Part shown: positions 37,010 through 50,625 of the stretch, piece by piece
Position numbering within the stretch: the stretch's first letter is position 1
Layout of the letters: every line of letters starts with the position of its first letter
NCBI GenBank assembly: GCA_048594805.1
Contig: JBMDXC010000285.1
Span: 1 to 57,241 of the forward strand
Reading direction: 5' to 3'
From: Candidatus Entotheonellaceae bacterium
Lineage (GTDB): Bacteria; Tectomicrobia; Entotheonellia; Entotheonellales; Entotheonellaceae
DNA length: 57,241 nt
Position numbers and translations under genes: made by a program
The notes under the pieces: model-generated
Databases searched by the model: none
What the model was told of the DNA's origin: nothing
The model's input: the letters and a program-made list of their open reading frames with translations, nothing else

Positions 37010-37372
37010 TTAATCTACAAATTCGAAGACGATCTCTCCAGGGCGTACCAGCCCGAGTTCCTCACGGGCGATTTTCTCGATATACCCAAGATCACTGCGC
37101 AGACGCTGCACCTCACGGACCAGGGTGGCATTTTTTTGCTCGATAATCTCAATCTCACGCACCAGACGCCCAAGATCGTGCTGTGTACGCCACATGGCCA
37201 ACAGGCCACGATCACCCCACACCGTGAACGGCATCATCGCAAGTAAAAAGAGACTGCTGCCCATGAGCACCAGCGTCAGCCAGGGCGTGGCTACAATCTG
37301 GTGCACCAGGCTCGGCTTCGGCATCTCACCATACGGCGCTTGCAGAGGGGCGCCAGGGATTCTCTGGGCCAT
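37010..37372 (-). CDS. ftsB: Cell division protein FtsB/DivIC family
   Basis: One TM helix plus a coiled coil. LGYIEKIAREELGLVRPGEIVF is a signature C-terminus. The position downstream of eno is classical. Confidence 0.8.
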   Translation of the reverse strand: MAQRIPGAPLQAPYGEMPKPSLVHQIVATPWLTLVLMGSSLFLLAMMPFTVWGDRGLLAMWRTQHDLGRLVREIEIIEQKNATLVREVQRLRSDLGYIEKIAREELGLVRPGEIVFEFVD

Positions 37373-37383
37373 GGCTTACTTCC

Positions 37384-39983
<2,600 letters not shown>

Positions 39984-39996
39984 AGGCGTTCCTTCT

Positions 39997-40860
39997 CTAT
40001 GCCGTGAGATAGCGATCAATGAAGAGTCCAAGCCGCTCCCGCACTGCGGTTGGTATCATTGCTCGATCTGTAATGATGGCAGTCTGTAGGGCCGTACTGC
40101 ACGGACAGGTGCGAGTACCCTGAAGCTGTGGCACTGTGCGTGCAATGACTTCCTGCGCGAGCTGGACATTACGCTGGAGAATGGCCAAGATCGCACCAAT
40201 GTCCACGTCGGCAGCGCTGGCGTGCCAGCAGTCATAATCTGTAGCCAGCGCCAGGGTAGCGTAGCACAACTCCGCCTCGCGGGCCAGCTTTGCTTCGGGC
40301 ATGTTCGTCATACCAATGACGTCAACGCCCCACTGCCGGTAGAGCCGCGCCTCAGCACGGGTGGAAAACTGCGGTCCCTCAATGCACAGATAGGTACCGC
40401 CAAAGTGGACTATTGCCCCGATATCTGAGGCCGCCTGATGCAAGGCGTTAGCTACAACAGCACAGACCGGGTCGGCGAGCGCCACGTGTACGGTGAGTTC
40501 CTCGAAAAAGGTCGACACCCGACTGCGCGTACGATCGATAAACTGGTCCGGAATGACCAGATGGCCTGGCTGAATCTCCTCCCGCATGCTACCCACCGCA
40601 CTCACGGCAATGACCCATTCTACCCCGAGAGCCTTGAAGCCATACATGTTGGCTCGAAAATTAATCACCGTCGGTGGCAGACGATGACCGCGCCCGTGGC
40701 GCGGCAGAAACACCATGTCGCGTCCGTGCAAGGTCCCGACGATATAGGCATCAGAGGGCGGACCAAATGGGGTTGTCACCTCGACCTCACGTACGTTCTC
40801 TAAGGCCGCCATGGCGTAGAGGCCGCTACCCCCGACGACGCCGATCTTACCAGTGCCCAT
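39997..40860 (-). CDS. mtnP: S-methyl-5'-thioadenosine phosphorylase
   Basis: [11 protein letters not shown]...[10 protein letters not shown]...[15 protein letters not shown]. Confidence 0.9.
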   Translation of the reverse strand: MGTGKIGVVGGSGLYAMAALENVREVEVTTPFGPPSDAYIVGTLHGRDMVFLPRHGRGHRLPPTVINFRANMYGFKALGVEWVIAVSAVGSMREEIQPGHLVIPDQFIDRTRSRVSTFFEELTVHVALADPVCAVVANALHQAASDIGAIVHFGGTYLCIEGPQFSTRAEARLYRQWGVDVIGMTNMPEAKLAREAELCYATLALATDYDCWHASAADVDIGAILAILQRNVQLAQEVIARTVPQLQGTRTCPCSTALQTAIITDRAMIPTAVRERLGLFIDRYLTA

Positions 40861-40898
40861 GCCTCACCCTGTGCAGAATAGGGGTCAATTTCACGTGC

Positions 40899-41903
40899 TC
40901 AACGCCTTGTAAGGAGTTCGGCAGTCTGTACGACGTTGAGGGCAGCACCTTTGCGCAGATTGTCGGTGACCACCCAGAGATGCAGTCCATGGGGCACCGA
41001 CAGGTCAGCCCGGAGCCGCCCGACAAAAACCTCATCGTGGCCACTGGCGCGGATAGCCTGGGGGTACTGCAGACACGTCCGGTCGTCCTCGAGCCCGATC
41101 CCAGGCGCCTGTGCGAGCAACGCTCGGGCCGTCTCGACACTCAGCGGCTGCACGGTTTCCAGAGTAACAGAGGCTGAATCACTGTGCGCCAATGGCACAT
41201 AGGCCGCCGTCGCGGTTATTGGCAGGTCTGGGAGCCCAAGCAGTTTGCGTGTCTCCAGGATAATGGCCATTTCATCTTGCGTATAGGCATTGTCGAGGAA
41301 ATTCCCGCACTGGGGCAAGCAGTTGAAAGCAATCTGATACGGGAAGATGTCGGCCTGCGCTGGCCGGAAATTGAGCAAGTCGCGTAACTGCTGATCAAAT
41401 TCCTGCACCGCTCGTCGCCCACCATCAGAGATGGCTTGATACGTCGACACGACGACACGTTTCAGCCTTGCTGCGGCATGCAGCGGTGCCAGCGCCAGGC
41501 TGACTTGGATCGTCACACTGTGCGGCATGGCGATAATCCCCTGATGGTGCCGGAGCACGTCAGCATTGATTTCTGGGACACACAGGGGCACATCAGGAGC
41601 CAGGCGAAAGGCACTACTACAATCGATCGCGATAGCCCCAGCGCTCACGACGTGTGGGGCATACGTTTGACTGGTCTCAGCATCTGCCGCGAACAGGGCC
41701 AGATCAACCCCGCGCATGGCCTCCCTGGTGAGCGGACGCACCACGTAGCTCTCGCTGCGAAATGCGACGCGCGTACCAGCAGAGCGTCGCGAGGCCAGCA
41801 ACGTCAATTGGTCCAGCGGGAAATCCCGCTCCTCAAGCACGCGCAGAATTTCTTCGCCAACGATGCCCGTGGCACCCACGAGAGCGACATGCCAGGCAGC
41901 CAT
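40899..41903 (-). CDS. asd: Aspartate-semialdehyde dehydrogenase
   Basis: VALVGATGIVGEE Rossmann motif. Length and internal motifs fit the short Asd type. Confidence 0.9.
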   Translation of the reverse strand: MAAWHVALVGATGIVGEEILRVLEERDFPLDQLTLLASRRSAGTRVAFRSESYVVRPLTREAMRGVDLALFAADAETSQTYAPHVVSAGAIAIDCSSAFRLAPDVPLCVPEINADVLRHHQGIIAMPHSVTIQVSLALAPLHAAARLKRVVVSTYQAISDGGRRAVQEFDQQLRDLLNFRPAQADIFPYQIAFNCLPQCGNFLDNAYTQDEMAIILETRKLLGLPDLPITATAAYVPLAHSDSASVTLETVQPLSVETARALLAQAPGIGLEDDRTCLQYPQAIRASGHDEVFVGRLRADLSVPHGLHLWVVTDNLRKGAALNVVQTAELLTRR

Positions 41904-41909
41904 AGTATA

Positions 41910-43004
41910 TTACCTCTGCGGCGCTGGAGCCGCGGTACGCAGGGCGGTACAAATCGCCTCGCCCATCTGAGTAGTCCCAACACGGGTGCAGCCTGGCTCC
42001 ATAATGTCCGCGGTCCGATAGCCCTGATGCAGCACGCTCGCGACGGCCGCCTCAATGGCGCTCGCCGCTTGGGGCTGTCGCAGGGCATACTGCAGCATCA
42101 TGGCCACGGAATTAATGGTGGCAATGGGGTTGGCGATGTTCTGTCCGGCGATGTCTGGGGCACTGCCGTGCACCGGCTCAAAGACACCTACTGTCCCACC
42201 GATACTGGCCGACGGCAGCATGCCAATGGAGCCAGTCAGCATCGCGGCCTCATCGCTCAGGATGTCACCAAACAGATTGCCCGTGACGATCACGTCAAAC
42301 TGCCGCGGGGCTCGCACCAGTTGCATCGCACAGTTGTCAACATACAGATGTTCCAGCTCGACATCAGGGAACTCCCCGGCCAACTCCGTCACCTCCCGCC
42401 GCCACAACACCGATGTCTCCAGCACGTTGGCCTTATCAACCGAGGTTACTTTATGGCGCCGCTGCCGTGCCAGCTCAAAAGCGAGCCGGGCCACACGGCG
42501 AATTTCTGCTGAAGTATAACTCATCGTGTTAAAGCCACGTTCGCCCTCAGCGAGCGATTCAATACCCCGGGGTTCACCGAAATAAATGTCGCTGACCAGC
42601 TCACGCACGACCAGCACATCAATACCCTGCACGACCTCCGGACGCAGCGACGAGGCGTCAAGCAAGGCGGTATAGAGCTTGGCCGGTCGCAAATTGGCAA
42701 ACAAATCAAGTGTCTGCCGCAGACGGAGCAAGCCCCGCTCCGGGCGCTTGTCAGCCGGGAGCGCATCCCACTTGGGCCCCCCAACGGAGCCAAAGAGCAC
42801 CGCATCACTGTCCCGGCATAACTGTAACGTCGCTTCCGGTAAAGTGTCCCCGAGAGCGTCAATGGCGGCCCCGCCTACCAGACCATGACGCAGAGTCAAG
42901 TGCATATCATACAGGTCTGCAATGATGTGTAGCACTTTGATGCCCTCTGCGACGACCTCGGGACCCACGCCGTCCCCGGGCAACACCGCAATACGGTACT
43001 CCAT
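41910..43004 (-). CDS. leuB: 3-isopropylmalate dehydrogenase
   Basis: [17 protein letters not shown] and [32 protein letters not shown] lies upstream of the ATG at 43004. Confidence 0.9.
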   Translation of the reverse strand: MEYRIAVLPGDGVGPEVVAEGIKVLHIIADLYDMHLTLRHGLVGGAAIDALGDTLPEATLQLCRDSDAVLFGSVGGPKWDALPADKRPERGLLRLRQTLDLFANLRPAKLYTALLDASSLRPEVVQGIDVLVVRELVSDIYFGEPRGIESLAEGERGFNTMSYTSAEIRRVARLAFELARQRRHKVTSVDKANVLETSVLWRREVTELAGEFPDVELEHLYVDNCAMQLVRAPRQFDVIVTGNLFGDILSDEAAMLTGSIGMLPSASIGGTVGVFEPVHGSAPDIAGQNIANPIATINSVAMMLQYALRQPQAASAIEAAVASVLHQGYRTADIMEPGCTRVGTTQMGEAICTALRTAAPAPQR

Positions 43005-43036
43005 GAGTGGTAGTCTCCCTCGCGCTTCTTCTGTCT

Positions 43037-45499
43037 CTATTTCGATGTAAGCGCCCACGAGCCATCCCAATGCGGCTCAGGAGGGTGCTCTTTCAAAAAC
43101 TCACAGCGTTCGATATACACGCGACTTGGCGTAGTGGGGCGCCGCGGGAACACGTCTTCGAGCTTCTCGCTGGCGATGAATTTCGCCATGGCCTCATCCC
43201 ACTGCTGCTGCCGATAGAGATCAATGCCCTGCTGGTATATGGCATGCATCTGGACGTGCTCTGAGGGCAATTGTCCCTTGTATGCCATGATCTCCACACT
43301 CTCTATGGCCTCTAGCTTGCCCACCACCTTGACTTTGTCGATCGTACGCCAGGCAAAATCATCAGGACCAGCCAGCCGCAACGTCTCGGTGGTGCACAAG
43401 ATATAGACACCATATTGCTTCGCCGCGGCTTCGAGCCGCGCCGCGGTGTTCACCACGTCCCCCATCATAGTGTAGTTCATGCGCATGGTCGAGCCCATAT
43501 TGCCGGTGACGATTTCCCCAGAACTGATGCCAATACGCATGCGCATCTGCTGCACCAGGTCAGGCCACTTGTCTCCTTCAGCATGCCATTTCTGGCGCAA
43601 TCGCGCCAGTGCCTGCTGCATCTTAAGCGCCACGCGCACGGCGCGTGCCGCGTGGTCTGGCTGCGCAATCGGTGCGCCAAAGAACGCCACAATCGCATCT
43701 CCTTCATACTTATCAAGGGTCCCACCTTCGGCAACTAAAATGTCCGTCATTGCAGACAAATACTCGTTGAGGAGTTCGACAAGCTGCGTGGCGCTGAGGA
43801 CTTCTGAGAAGCTCGAAAAGGAGGCGATGTCCGTAAAGTACGCCGTGCGCATGCCTGACGAGCCCCCGAGTCTGGGCTCTATGCCATCGCGCACCATCAT
43901 GGTGACGAGCTCCGGGGAAAGGTACGTGCTAAAAGTCTTACGCAGGTAGCGACTTTGCCTCTGCTCAAACAAAAAGTGGTAGATGGTCATGCCGAGCCAG
44001 ACTACGAACGTGGCCAGCAGGGGATACATGATATGCAACACCCATCCTTGCATGCTGAAGAGGGCGTAGTTCAGCCCCACGTTCCCCAGCATGACCAGGG
44101 TTGTGACGATGTCACCCCAGAGAGCACCCAGACGTGGCAAGATCAGTATGAGGCATAATCCCGTCAGCACGATATTAGCGGTGGTGTACCAGTTCCCCCA
44201 CCAGGGGGCCACGAGAAAACGCTGGCGCAGGACATTGTCAATCACGGTCGCGTGCGTCTCCACCCCGGGAAATGCCGGGTCGAAGGGAGTAATGCGCTGA
44301 TCCGTGAGCCCTACGGCAGTGGCCCCGATCAGGACGATCTTATCGCGGAAGGCCTCGGGTGGGGCAGCAGTCTCACGGCCTTTGACGATATCGGCGATAG
44401 CATAGCGTGGGAAGCGGTATTGACGACGCGCTGTGGTCTCGTTCGCGGGAAGCTCGGAGGGACCGAGATGATTGACAATCATCCGTCCCTGCTCGTCAGC
44501 GGGGATCTCCAAGCGTTGGCGTCCCGCCACCAGCCACACCTGGATTTTCTGGTCAGCACTAATGGACACAAGTGTGTTGGCATTGCCGTGACGCGCTTGT
44601 AGATAGCGCTCCAGGAGGCGCATGCCCAGCGGCGCAAAGAGATCGTTTTGCTGCCCAGGAGCCGTTGCCTCCCGACCACTGTCCCCCGACACACCCATAC
44701 GCTCACGGTACTGCGCGATGAGCGGATAATACCGAATGACGCCGTCGTCCGAGTCCGGACGGCTATTAAAAAAGCCGTTCCCCCAGACAGCCTGGGATAA
44801 AACCGGCAGATTGGACTCAGCCGCACAGGCCGGTGATACGTGCAACACACCCAGGCTGGCCCCGGGCTCCACTCTGGGGATATACCTGGCGTTTTTCGAG
44901 ATGGTCAGATTGTGGAAAAAATGCTCCAGTTGACTTGCAGGCACATGGGCGACGTCCTGGCATTGCCAGTGAAAAAAGTAGCCCAGAATCGTCCGACCCG
45001 ATGCTTGCAGGGCAGTGGCGAAGAGCTGATCGTGATCTGCCGCGGCCAGGGTAGACTCTACGAGCCCTTGCAGCTCTGCATCATTATAATAGCTACGGGT
45101 CGCCAGAGAAGCTTGAATCGTCTGCAAGCTGTCAAGGCCAGCACTGGTATCTGATGACGAGAAGACCACATCGTAGCCGATGGCTGCAGCGCCGTATGCG
45201 GTCAGGCGCTGGATGAGTTGCGCCTGCACCGTATAGGGCCATGGCCAGCGGCCCAGCTCATCAACACTCTGTTCATCGATGGCCGCAATCACCACCTCAG
45301 GGCCAGGCGCCATGGGGCCCCGCATCCGGAAGCGCAGATCGGAGGCGAGCAGTTCGAGACGATGCAGCCACGCCACCACAAAAGGCTTCTGCATCTGGTG
45401 GGTCTGGTCGAGCCAAAAGAGCAGCAGCACCATGAGGGTCAGCAGCAGTCCAAGGGTCGTACTGTGCAAGCGCGGGAAATGCGTGAGCCAGGCGGGCAT
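43037..45499 (-). CDS. CHASE2-sensor class III adenylate/guanylate cyclase
   Basis: CHASE2-like periplasmic region, a TM cluster and a cyclase domain ([36 protein letters not shown]). ATG at 45499 with GAGG upstream. Confidence 0.85.
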   Translation of the reverse strand: MPAWLTHFPRLHSTTLGLLLTLMVLLLFWLDQTHQMQKPFVVAWLHRLELLASDLRFRMRGPMAPGPEVVIAAIDEQSVDELGRWPWPYTVQAQLIQRLTAYGAAAIGYDVVFSSSDTSAGLDSLQTIQASLATRSYYNDAELQGLVESTLAAADHDQLFATALQASGRTILGYFFHWQCQDVAHVPASQLEHFFHNLTISKNARYIPRVEPGASLGVLHVSPACAAESNLPVLSQAVWGNGFFNSRPDSDDGVIRYYPLIAQYRERMGVSGDSGREATAPGQQNDLFAPLGMRLLERYLQARHGNANTLVSISADQKIQVWLVAGRQRLEIPADEQGRMIVNHLGPSELPANETTARRQYRFPRYAIADIVKGRETAAPPEAFRDKIVLIGATAVGLTDQRITPFDPAFPGVETHATVIDNVLRQRFLVAPWWGNWYTTANIVLTGLCLILILPRLGALWGDIVTTLVMLGNVGLNYALFSMQGWVLHIMYPLLATFVVWLGMTIYHFLFEQRQSRYLRKTFSTYLSPELVTMMVRDGIEPRLGGSSGMRTAYFTDIASFSSFSEVLSATQLVELLNEYLSAMTDILVAEGGTLDKYEGDAIVAFFGAPIAQPDHAARAVRVALKMQQALARLRQKWHAEGDKWPDLVQQMRMRIGISSGEIVTGNMGSTMRMNYTMMGDVVNTAARLEAAAKQYGVYILCTTETLRLAGPDDFAWRTIDKVKVVGKLEAIESVEIMAYKGQLPSEHVQMHAIYQQGIDLYRQQQWDEAMAKFIASEKLEDVFPRRPTTPSRVYIERCEFLKEHPPEPHWDGSWALTSK

Positions 45500-45563
45500 A
45501 CTGCACCTCACTGATGCGTCCGTACGTATACGCGCCTAGCGTATAGTCTCGAGCATGCTGGCG

Positions 45564-46190
45564 CTACCTGTATGGGGGAACAGCGTGCTTGGCATTGCGG
45601 ATGAAGGTCCGGACCTTGCTCCAATCCTTTGTACCTGGCGTGGCTTCCACGCCACTACACACATCCACGGCATATGGGCGGACAATACGGATGGCCTCAC
45701 GGACATTTTCTGGCGTTAGCCCGCCGGCGAGCATGATCCGGCCATACCGGTGCAACGAGGCCACGCGCTGCCAATCGGCCTGCACGCCGCCACCGCCGTA
45801 CACGTCAGGGTGAAAACCCTCAATCAACAGGGCCTCGACGCTGTATTGTTGCATGATCTCTGGTGGTACTTGCGCCGTGAAGCGAAAGGTTTTAATGACA
45901 GGCCAGGGTAGCTGCTGGCACAGTTCAGGACTTTCTGTGCCGTGCAATTGCACCATGTGCACACCGCTCGTCTGAGCTATATGCGTAACAGTGTCCAGAT
46001 CTGCATTGACAAACACCCCTACCGCGGAGCAGCCAGGCGGTAGATGCGCCACGATGCTGTGCGCCTGTTCTGGAGTGACATAGCGCGGACTCGGTGGATA
46101 GAAGATCAGACCGATCATATCGGCTCCCGCCTCCACCACCACCTGCGCGTCGTCTCTTGTGGTGATACCGCAAATCTTGACCTTGGTCAT
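45564..46190 (-). CDS. trpF: Phosphoribosylanthranilate isomerase
   Basis: KVKICGITTRDDA...GADMIGLIF...LAGGLTPENV. Confidence 0.9.
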   Translation of the reverse strand: MTKVKICGITTRDDAQVVVEAGADMIGLIFYPPSPRYVTPEQAHSIVAHLPPGCSAVGVFVNADLDTVTHIAQTSGVHMVQLHGTESPELCQQLPWPVIKTFRFTAQVPPEIMQQYSVEALLIEGFHPDVYGGGGVQADWQRVASLHRYGRIMLAGGLTPENVREAIRIVRPYAVDVCSGVEATPGTKDWSKVRTFIRNAKHAVPPYR

Positions 46191-46281
46191 GTATACTGGC
46201 TCGTGCTGGGTAGACTAGGAATCCACGCTCGTAGTAAGAAACAGTATAGCAAACTCTGGACAGGCTGCCATGTTCCCTTTT

Positions 46282-48561
46282 CTATGAGGAGAGGCGCTCG
46301 GCGCCGGAAGAGAGGCAATAGGCGTCATACAGCCGTGCCGCCTGCTGCATATGGTGGGCAATCGTCTGTGCCAATTGGGCTGGGGTGTCCTGCTCCTTCC
46401 AGTAGCCCATACGCCGTGCCAAAAAGATACATGCATCAGTGTCTACCGCAGGTAACACAAGATCGTGCGCCTGCCCGCTGGCCAGGCGCAGGGCATCGAT
46501 GAGATGGCGTAAAAAGACATAGGCGTCATGCAACGAGTGGTAGTCCGTGACGCTTATAATGTCAGCTTGGTAGAGTGCCTGCAGGGCGGCGAGCGTATGC
46601 GGGGTACGCAGAGCAGGGACGGTGGCACCGTGGCGCAGTTGGAGATATTGCACGGTATATTCAATATCCACCAGGCCACCCCGACTGTATTTGACGTCGA
46701 CGGCGCCCGGTGCCACCAACTCATGACGCTGGCGCTGGCGGAGCTGGATGGCTGTCTCCAGAGCAAAAGGCTCGGCACTGTAGACAAAGGCATCGCGGAG
46801 GGTTTCGACAGCCTGTCGGAGAGCCGCGTCGCCAGCCACTTCGCGCAGTTTGATCAGCGCCTGGCGTTCAAAAGGCGCTGCCTGCCCGCCGTGGCGATAG
46901 TACTCCCGAAAGGCGTCAAGACTGGTCGCCAGCGGGCCTTTCGAGCCAAAGGGGCGCAGGCGTAAGTCGATCTCAAAGGTCCCCGAGCGTCGCGCCACGA
47001 TGATCTCGAGGAGCTGTTGCACGAGCAGTTCGGCGTACTGACTTACAGCAATTTGCTGAGGTCCACTGGTCTGCCCCTGGCCGCTATAGACGCAGAGCAT
47101 TTCCAGGTCAGACGCATACCCCAACTCACGACCCCCGAGCTTGCCGAGACCAAAGAGCGCAAACGTACAGGGCTGGCCATCCATGAGTTGTGGGCGGCCA
47201 TAGCGCGCTTGCAGCGCGTTCTGGGCCAACTCCAAGGCTCCCGCCAGGACTACCTCCGCCAGGTCCGCCAGTTCATCTGAAAATACGCCAAAGGGCCTTT
47301 CACGATGTAAGAGATGCCCCATATCAATACGAAACAGCTCTTGATCCTTAAAGGCGTTGAGGGCGTGTTTGCCGGCAGCCGTCGTCGTCGCCCCCTGCAG
47401 AGCCTGCCGCAGGCGTACCGTCAAATCGTCCTTGCTCAGGCGTTGCTCAGCAGCGCGTAAGTCCTTGAAGATAGGCAGGAGTGTATCATAGTGCAGACGC
47501 AGGAAATCTTCCCATAGGAAGTGACTGCTCCCCAACACCGTTGCTAGTGCCTTTAAGGCGTTGTCCTCCCAGAGCCACTGCAGATCTTCGCCACGCGCCG
47601 CATCACCAGCAAGACGGTCCACGAGGCGGTCAAAGTGCTGCAAGGCCATCACCGGATCAGGCGCGACGGTGAGAAAATGCGTGAACTGCTTGATCAGCAT
47701 GACCATGAGGTGCAGCTCACGCTGACCGGCCGCCGAGGTGATTTTACCCCCACGACGCCAGCGCACAAAGAGCTGATCATGGACTTTGCCCATGGAGCTG
47801 GCGATGTTCACACGGTAGATATAAATATCACGCATGGCCAGGGCATTGGAGAGACTGTAGAGAAACGCCGGGGTATCGTCGGCACGGATGTGCACGACCG
47901 TCCAGTCTGCCGAGGCCTCGTTATCAATCGTAATCTCCACGGGAAAAAGATGAGCCGAGAAGGCCTGCAGTGAGGTGCGCATGGTGTCGATGATCTGGCC
48001 ACTCAGGCTGGCGCGCGCTTCCTGCAGCTGCCCAGCGCGTAGCTGTTGAATGAGCGTCGTGAGCTGGGCCGTGAACTCCGTCTGCGCCGCGCTGTTAAAG
48101 GGGCGCTCGGCAGCATACTCGACGGTAAACACGTCGACGATGAGCCCACCCGGTGTGGTACCCCAGAGTGTGGCACGTCCTGGACCGCGGTGATAACTAA
48201 ACACTTGGCCGTCACGAATATTGAGGCCATAGGCCGTCATTAAGCCTGTGATAATGGAAAATTCGCCAAAGAGATCGTAGGCTGCAACCAGGATCTCCGC
48301 CTTGTTGGCAGGACGCGATATGACGCGTATCTGCACGGGATGTTGATCGTCCACGGCGGCCAGCAGCAGCACATGGGTGGTGATCTCGGCTACGCTAAAC
48401 ACCCGAAAATAATCATCATCGAGCTGTGCGAATACCTCGTCAAGCACCTGCGGCGGCACGTCTGGACACCGTTGGGCCACTTCCTGGCGTAGCATCTGTC
48501 GGTCGGCCAGAGGTGCTGCGGGACTCCCATGCTGCACGGCGGTTCTCCCCTCTTTTCCCAT
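46282..48561 (-). CDS. glnE: GlnE adenylyltransferase-type module preceded by two ACT-like domains (stand-alone half of GlnE)
   Basis: C-terminal ~460 aa carry the GlnE nucleotidyltransferase motifs GLGKLGGRELGYASDLEMLCVY, IDLRLRPFG and VDVKYSRGGLVDIEY. The N-terminal ~300 aa contain two GlnD-like ACT patterns (ILVAAYDLFGEFSIITGLMTAYGLNI and VVHIRADDTPAFLYSLSNALAMRDIYI). Confidence 0.75.
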   Translation of the reverse strand: MGKEGRTAVQHGSPAAPLADRQMLRQEVAQRCPDVPPQVLDEVFAQLDDDYFRVFSVAEITTHVLLLAAVDDQHPVQIRVISRPANKAEILVAAYDLFGEFSIITGLMTAYGLNIRDGQVFSYHRGPGRATLWGTTPGGLIVDVFTVEYAAERPFNSAAQTEFTAQLTTLIQQLRAGQLQEARASLSGQIIDTMRTSLQAFSAHLFPVEITIDNEASADWTVVHIRADDTPAFLYSLSNALAMRDIYIYRVNIASSMGKVHDQLFVRWRRGGKITSAAGQRELHLMVMLIKQFTHFLTVAPDPVMALQHFDRLVDRLAGDAARGEDLQWLWEDNALKALATVLGSSHFLWEDFLRLHYDTLLPIFKDLRAAEQRLSKDDLTVRLRQALQGATTTAAGKHALNAFKDQELFRIDMGHLLHRERPFGVFSDELADLAEVVLAGALELAQNALQARYGRPQLMDGQPCTFALFGLGKLGGRELGYASDLEMLCVYSGQGQTSGPQQIAVSQYAELLVQQLLEIIVARRSGTFEIDLRLRPFGSKGPLATSLDAFREYYRHGGQAAPFERQALIKLREVAGDAALRQAVETLRDAFVYSAEPFALETAIQLRQRQRHELVAPGAVDVKYSRGGLVDIEYTVQYLQLRHGATVPALRTPHTLAALQALYQADIISVTDYHSLHDAYVFLRHLIDALRLASGQAHDLVLPAVDTDACIFLARRMGYWKEQDTPAQLAQTIAHHMQQAARLYDAYCLSSGAERLSS

Positions 48562-48576
48562 GTGAGCGTTGCGGGG

Positions 48577-50142
48577 CTACAGCGCCGATTCATCTTGAAA
48601 GGCTTCAACAAAAATCGCGTGCACGGCCTCCGTACGCTCGAGATAGTCTTGATAAAAAGCCTCCCAGGTGGGATAGCCAAAATGGCCTGCCAACCGCCGC
48701 TGCTGGTCAGGATGGCGTGGCAGCGTATGGGTCTGCGCGCCTTGTTCCATCTGGAGATAGTGTTCGAGACGACGCAAATAGCCATACGTGGAGCGCAAGG
48801 TCGTCGCAACGGACGATGTCATGAGTCCTGCCTCACGCAACTTGCTCAGGGCACGCAACGAGTGGCGTTCTTGCAGCGTCGGTTGGCGTCCGCCATACAG
48901 CAGCTGGGGCAGCTGAATCAGAAATTCGATTTCCCGAATACCCCCCAGGCCGAGTTTCACGTTGGTGCGTGACTGCGCCTTGTCAGCCAGTTGGGCATCA
49001 ATCTGACGCTTCATAGCGCGCAGCTGCCGCACGCCCTGCGCATCCAGATGGCTCTGATACACAAAGGGTCGAATCAGCGCCAGAAATTCTTCGCCAAGAC
49101 GACGGTCACCGGCCACAGGACGCGCTTTGATGAGCGCCATTCTCTCCCATGTTTGCCCCAGACGCGCGTAATACGCTTCATAGGAGAGGAGGGAGAGCGC
49201 CAACTGCCCCTGCGTCCCCTCCGGGCGCAGGCGCAGGTCGACACGAAACGCCTGACCCTCCGGCCCCTGGCCCCCAATGAGTGTCGTGAGACGGCGTGCC
49301 AGGGCCACAAAATATTCATGATTTGAGATCTGTTGCCGGCGCTCACCGTTCTCCCCAAAACCACTCGTGCTGCCCTCGTATGACGTGTAGACATACATGA
49401 GGTCCACATCGGAGGAAAAGTTCAACTCGTAACCACCGAGTTTACCCATACCAATAACGCAGAAGCCACAGGGATGTTGTACCCCATCAGCGTCAATGTA
49501 CATGGGGACGCCATACAGCGCTGTCAACCAGCGTACACACGCCTCAAGCCCTGCCTGTATGACACAGTCAGCCAGCGCCGACAGGTCTGCAGTAGTTTCT
49601 TCCACGTTCGCAAGTCCATAGAGGTCACGGGCCCCAATACGAAGTAAGTGTTGCTGGGTGAACGTCCGCAAAAGTGTGGCGACCTCGCCTTCCCCCTCTA
49701 CACCGGCCAGGAGCTGCGTGATCTCCGCGGTCAGTACCGCTGGCGGCGGTGGCGGCGCCCACAAGGCGTCCTCCAGCAGCCAGAAGAGGAGCTGTGGACG
49801 GCGCCAGAGAATACTGCTCAGCAACTGTGAACTCGCAAAAAAACGCATCATCCCAACAAACGCCTCCGGGTACTGCACGACAGTAGCCCAGAACGCGGCG
49901 ATGTCTGGCACATTGTCCAGGTAGCATAGCAGATGATTAATGGCACGTTGCGGGTCTACCGAAGTGAGGACGGCTTGGGTAAACTCTATAACGAGCGTCG
50001 CAGGGACGGTCTGCTGGTTTGCGTGGCGCAACACGAGGGCCAGCTCAACGGCTAGACGTGGAGAGACGCCATCGGAGGACATGGTACGCAAAAGTAGCGT
50101 AAGGTATGCCTCACTGTAGAGATTGTCAGTGGCTTCCTGCAT
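48577..50142 (-). CDS. glnE: GlnE adenylyl-removase-type module (stand-alone N-terminal half of GlnE)
   Basis: GMGKLGGYELNFSSDVDLMYVY, VDLRLRPEG, WERMALIKARPVAGD and NVKLGLGGIREIEF. AGGAGAGGG lies before the ATG. Confidence 0.8.
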   Translation of the reverse strand: MQEATDNLYSEAYLTLLLRTMSSDGVSPRLAVELALVLRHANQQTVPATLVIEFTQAVLTSVDPQRAINHLLCYLDNVPDIAAFWATVVQYPEAFVGMMRFFASSQLLSSILWRRPQLLFWLLEDALWAPPPPPAVLTAEITQLLAGVEGEGEVATLLRTFTQQHLLRIGARDLYGLANVEETTADLSALADCVIQAGLEACVRWLTALYGVPMYIDADGVQHPCGFCVIGMGKLGGYELNFSSDVDLMYVYTSYEGSTSGFGENGERRQQISNHEYFVALARRLTTLIGGQGPEGQAFRVDLRLRPEGTQGQLALSLLSYEAYYARLGQTWERMALIKARPVAGDRRLGEEFLALIRPFVYQSHLDAQGVRQLRAMKRQIDAQLADKAQSRTNVKLGLGGIREIEFLIQLPQLLYGGRQPTLQERHSLRALSKLREAGLMTSSVATTLRSTYGYLRRLEHYLQMEQGAQTHTLPRHPDQQRRLAGHFGYPTWEAFYQDYLERTEAVHAIFVEAFQDESAL

Positions 50143-50152
50143 GCCCTCTCCT

Positions 50153-50380
50153 CTAGCGGCGCTCCAGATGACGCAGTCGCCGCATCTGCCTCAGCCAGCG
50201 CACATAACGCCAGAAAGCGCGGCGGTGTTGTGGCTGCCGAAAAAAGGTCAGAAACGTGCGCCACGTCACTTCCGACGCCGGGATCCCCGTGTAGGTTTCC
50301 AGACGCCACGCATAGTAACGCCACGGCCAGCGCCAAGGTGGCCAGAGCGGTCGGGGCCGTAAACGCCAGAGATGCCACAT
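50153..50380 (-). CDS. Candidate Trp/Arg-rich small ORF (75 codons) immediately upstream of the glnE removase gene
   Basis: MWHLWRLRPRPLWPPWRWPWRYYAWRLE... has 10 Trp and about 20 Arg. Its TAG is directly followed by the AGGAGAGGG Shine-Dalgarno site of the next gene. No family recognised. It could be a chance GC-rich ORF. Confidence 0.3.
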   Translation of the reverse strand: MWHLWRLRPRPLWPPWRWPWRYYAWRLETYTGIPASEVTWRTFLTFFRQPQHRRAFWRYVRWLRQMRRLRHLERR

Positions 50381-50625
50381 GTCTTGGACCTCGTTGTAGC
50401 TTGGGACACCCAGATGAGATGCCTCTTTCTAAGTGTAGAATAGCAAAAAATGACGCGAGTGACACAAGGGGCAGAGCCTGTGAGTTTTGTTGACAGCTTC
50501 CATAGAGTCCATAAACGGTATATAGAGCACTCAATAATGATCTGGCTATGCCGCTTAAGCGTTGTGCACAGCGCACAAGTCTTGCTGTAGTGGTGTATGC
50601 TTATTCTCTATGGAAAGAGTTGTCT

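Noticed and set aside
48555-48580. The possibility that the two glnE ORFs are one gene broken by a frameshift (a pseudogene or a sequencing error).
   Set aside because: Not fully excluded. However, the downstream ORF begins with about 300 aa of coherent ACT-like sequence that is absent from canonical GlnE, both halves keep intact catalytic motifs, and the upstream ORF ends cleanly after its module. I therefore report it as a genuine split that needs read-level confirmation.
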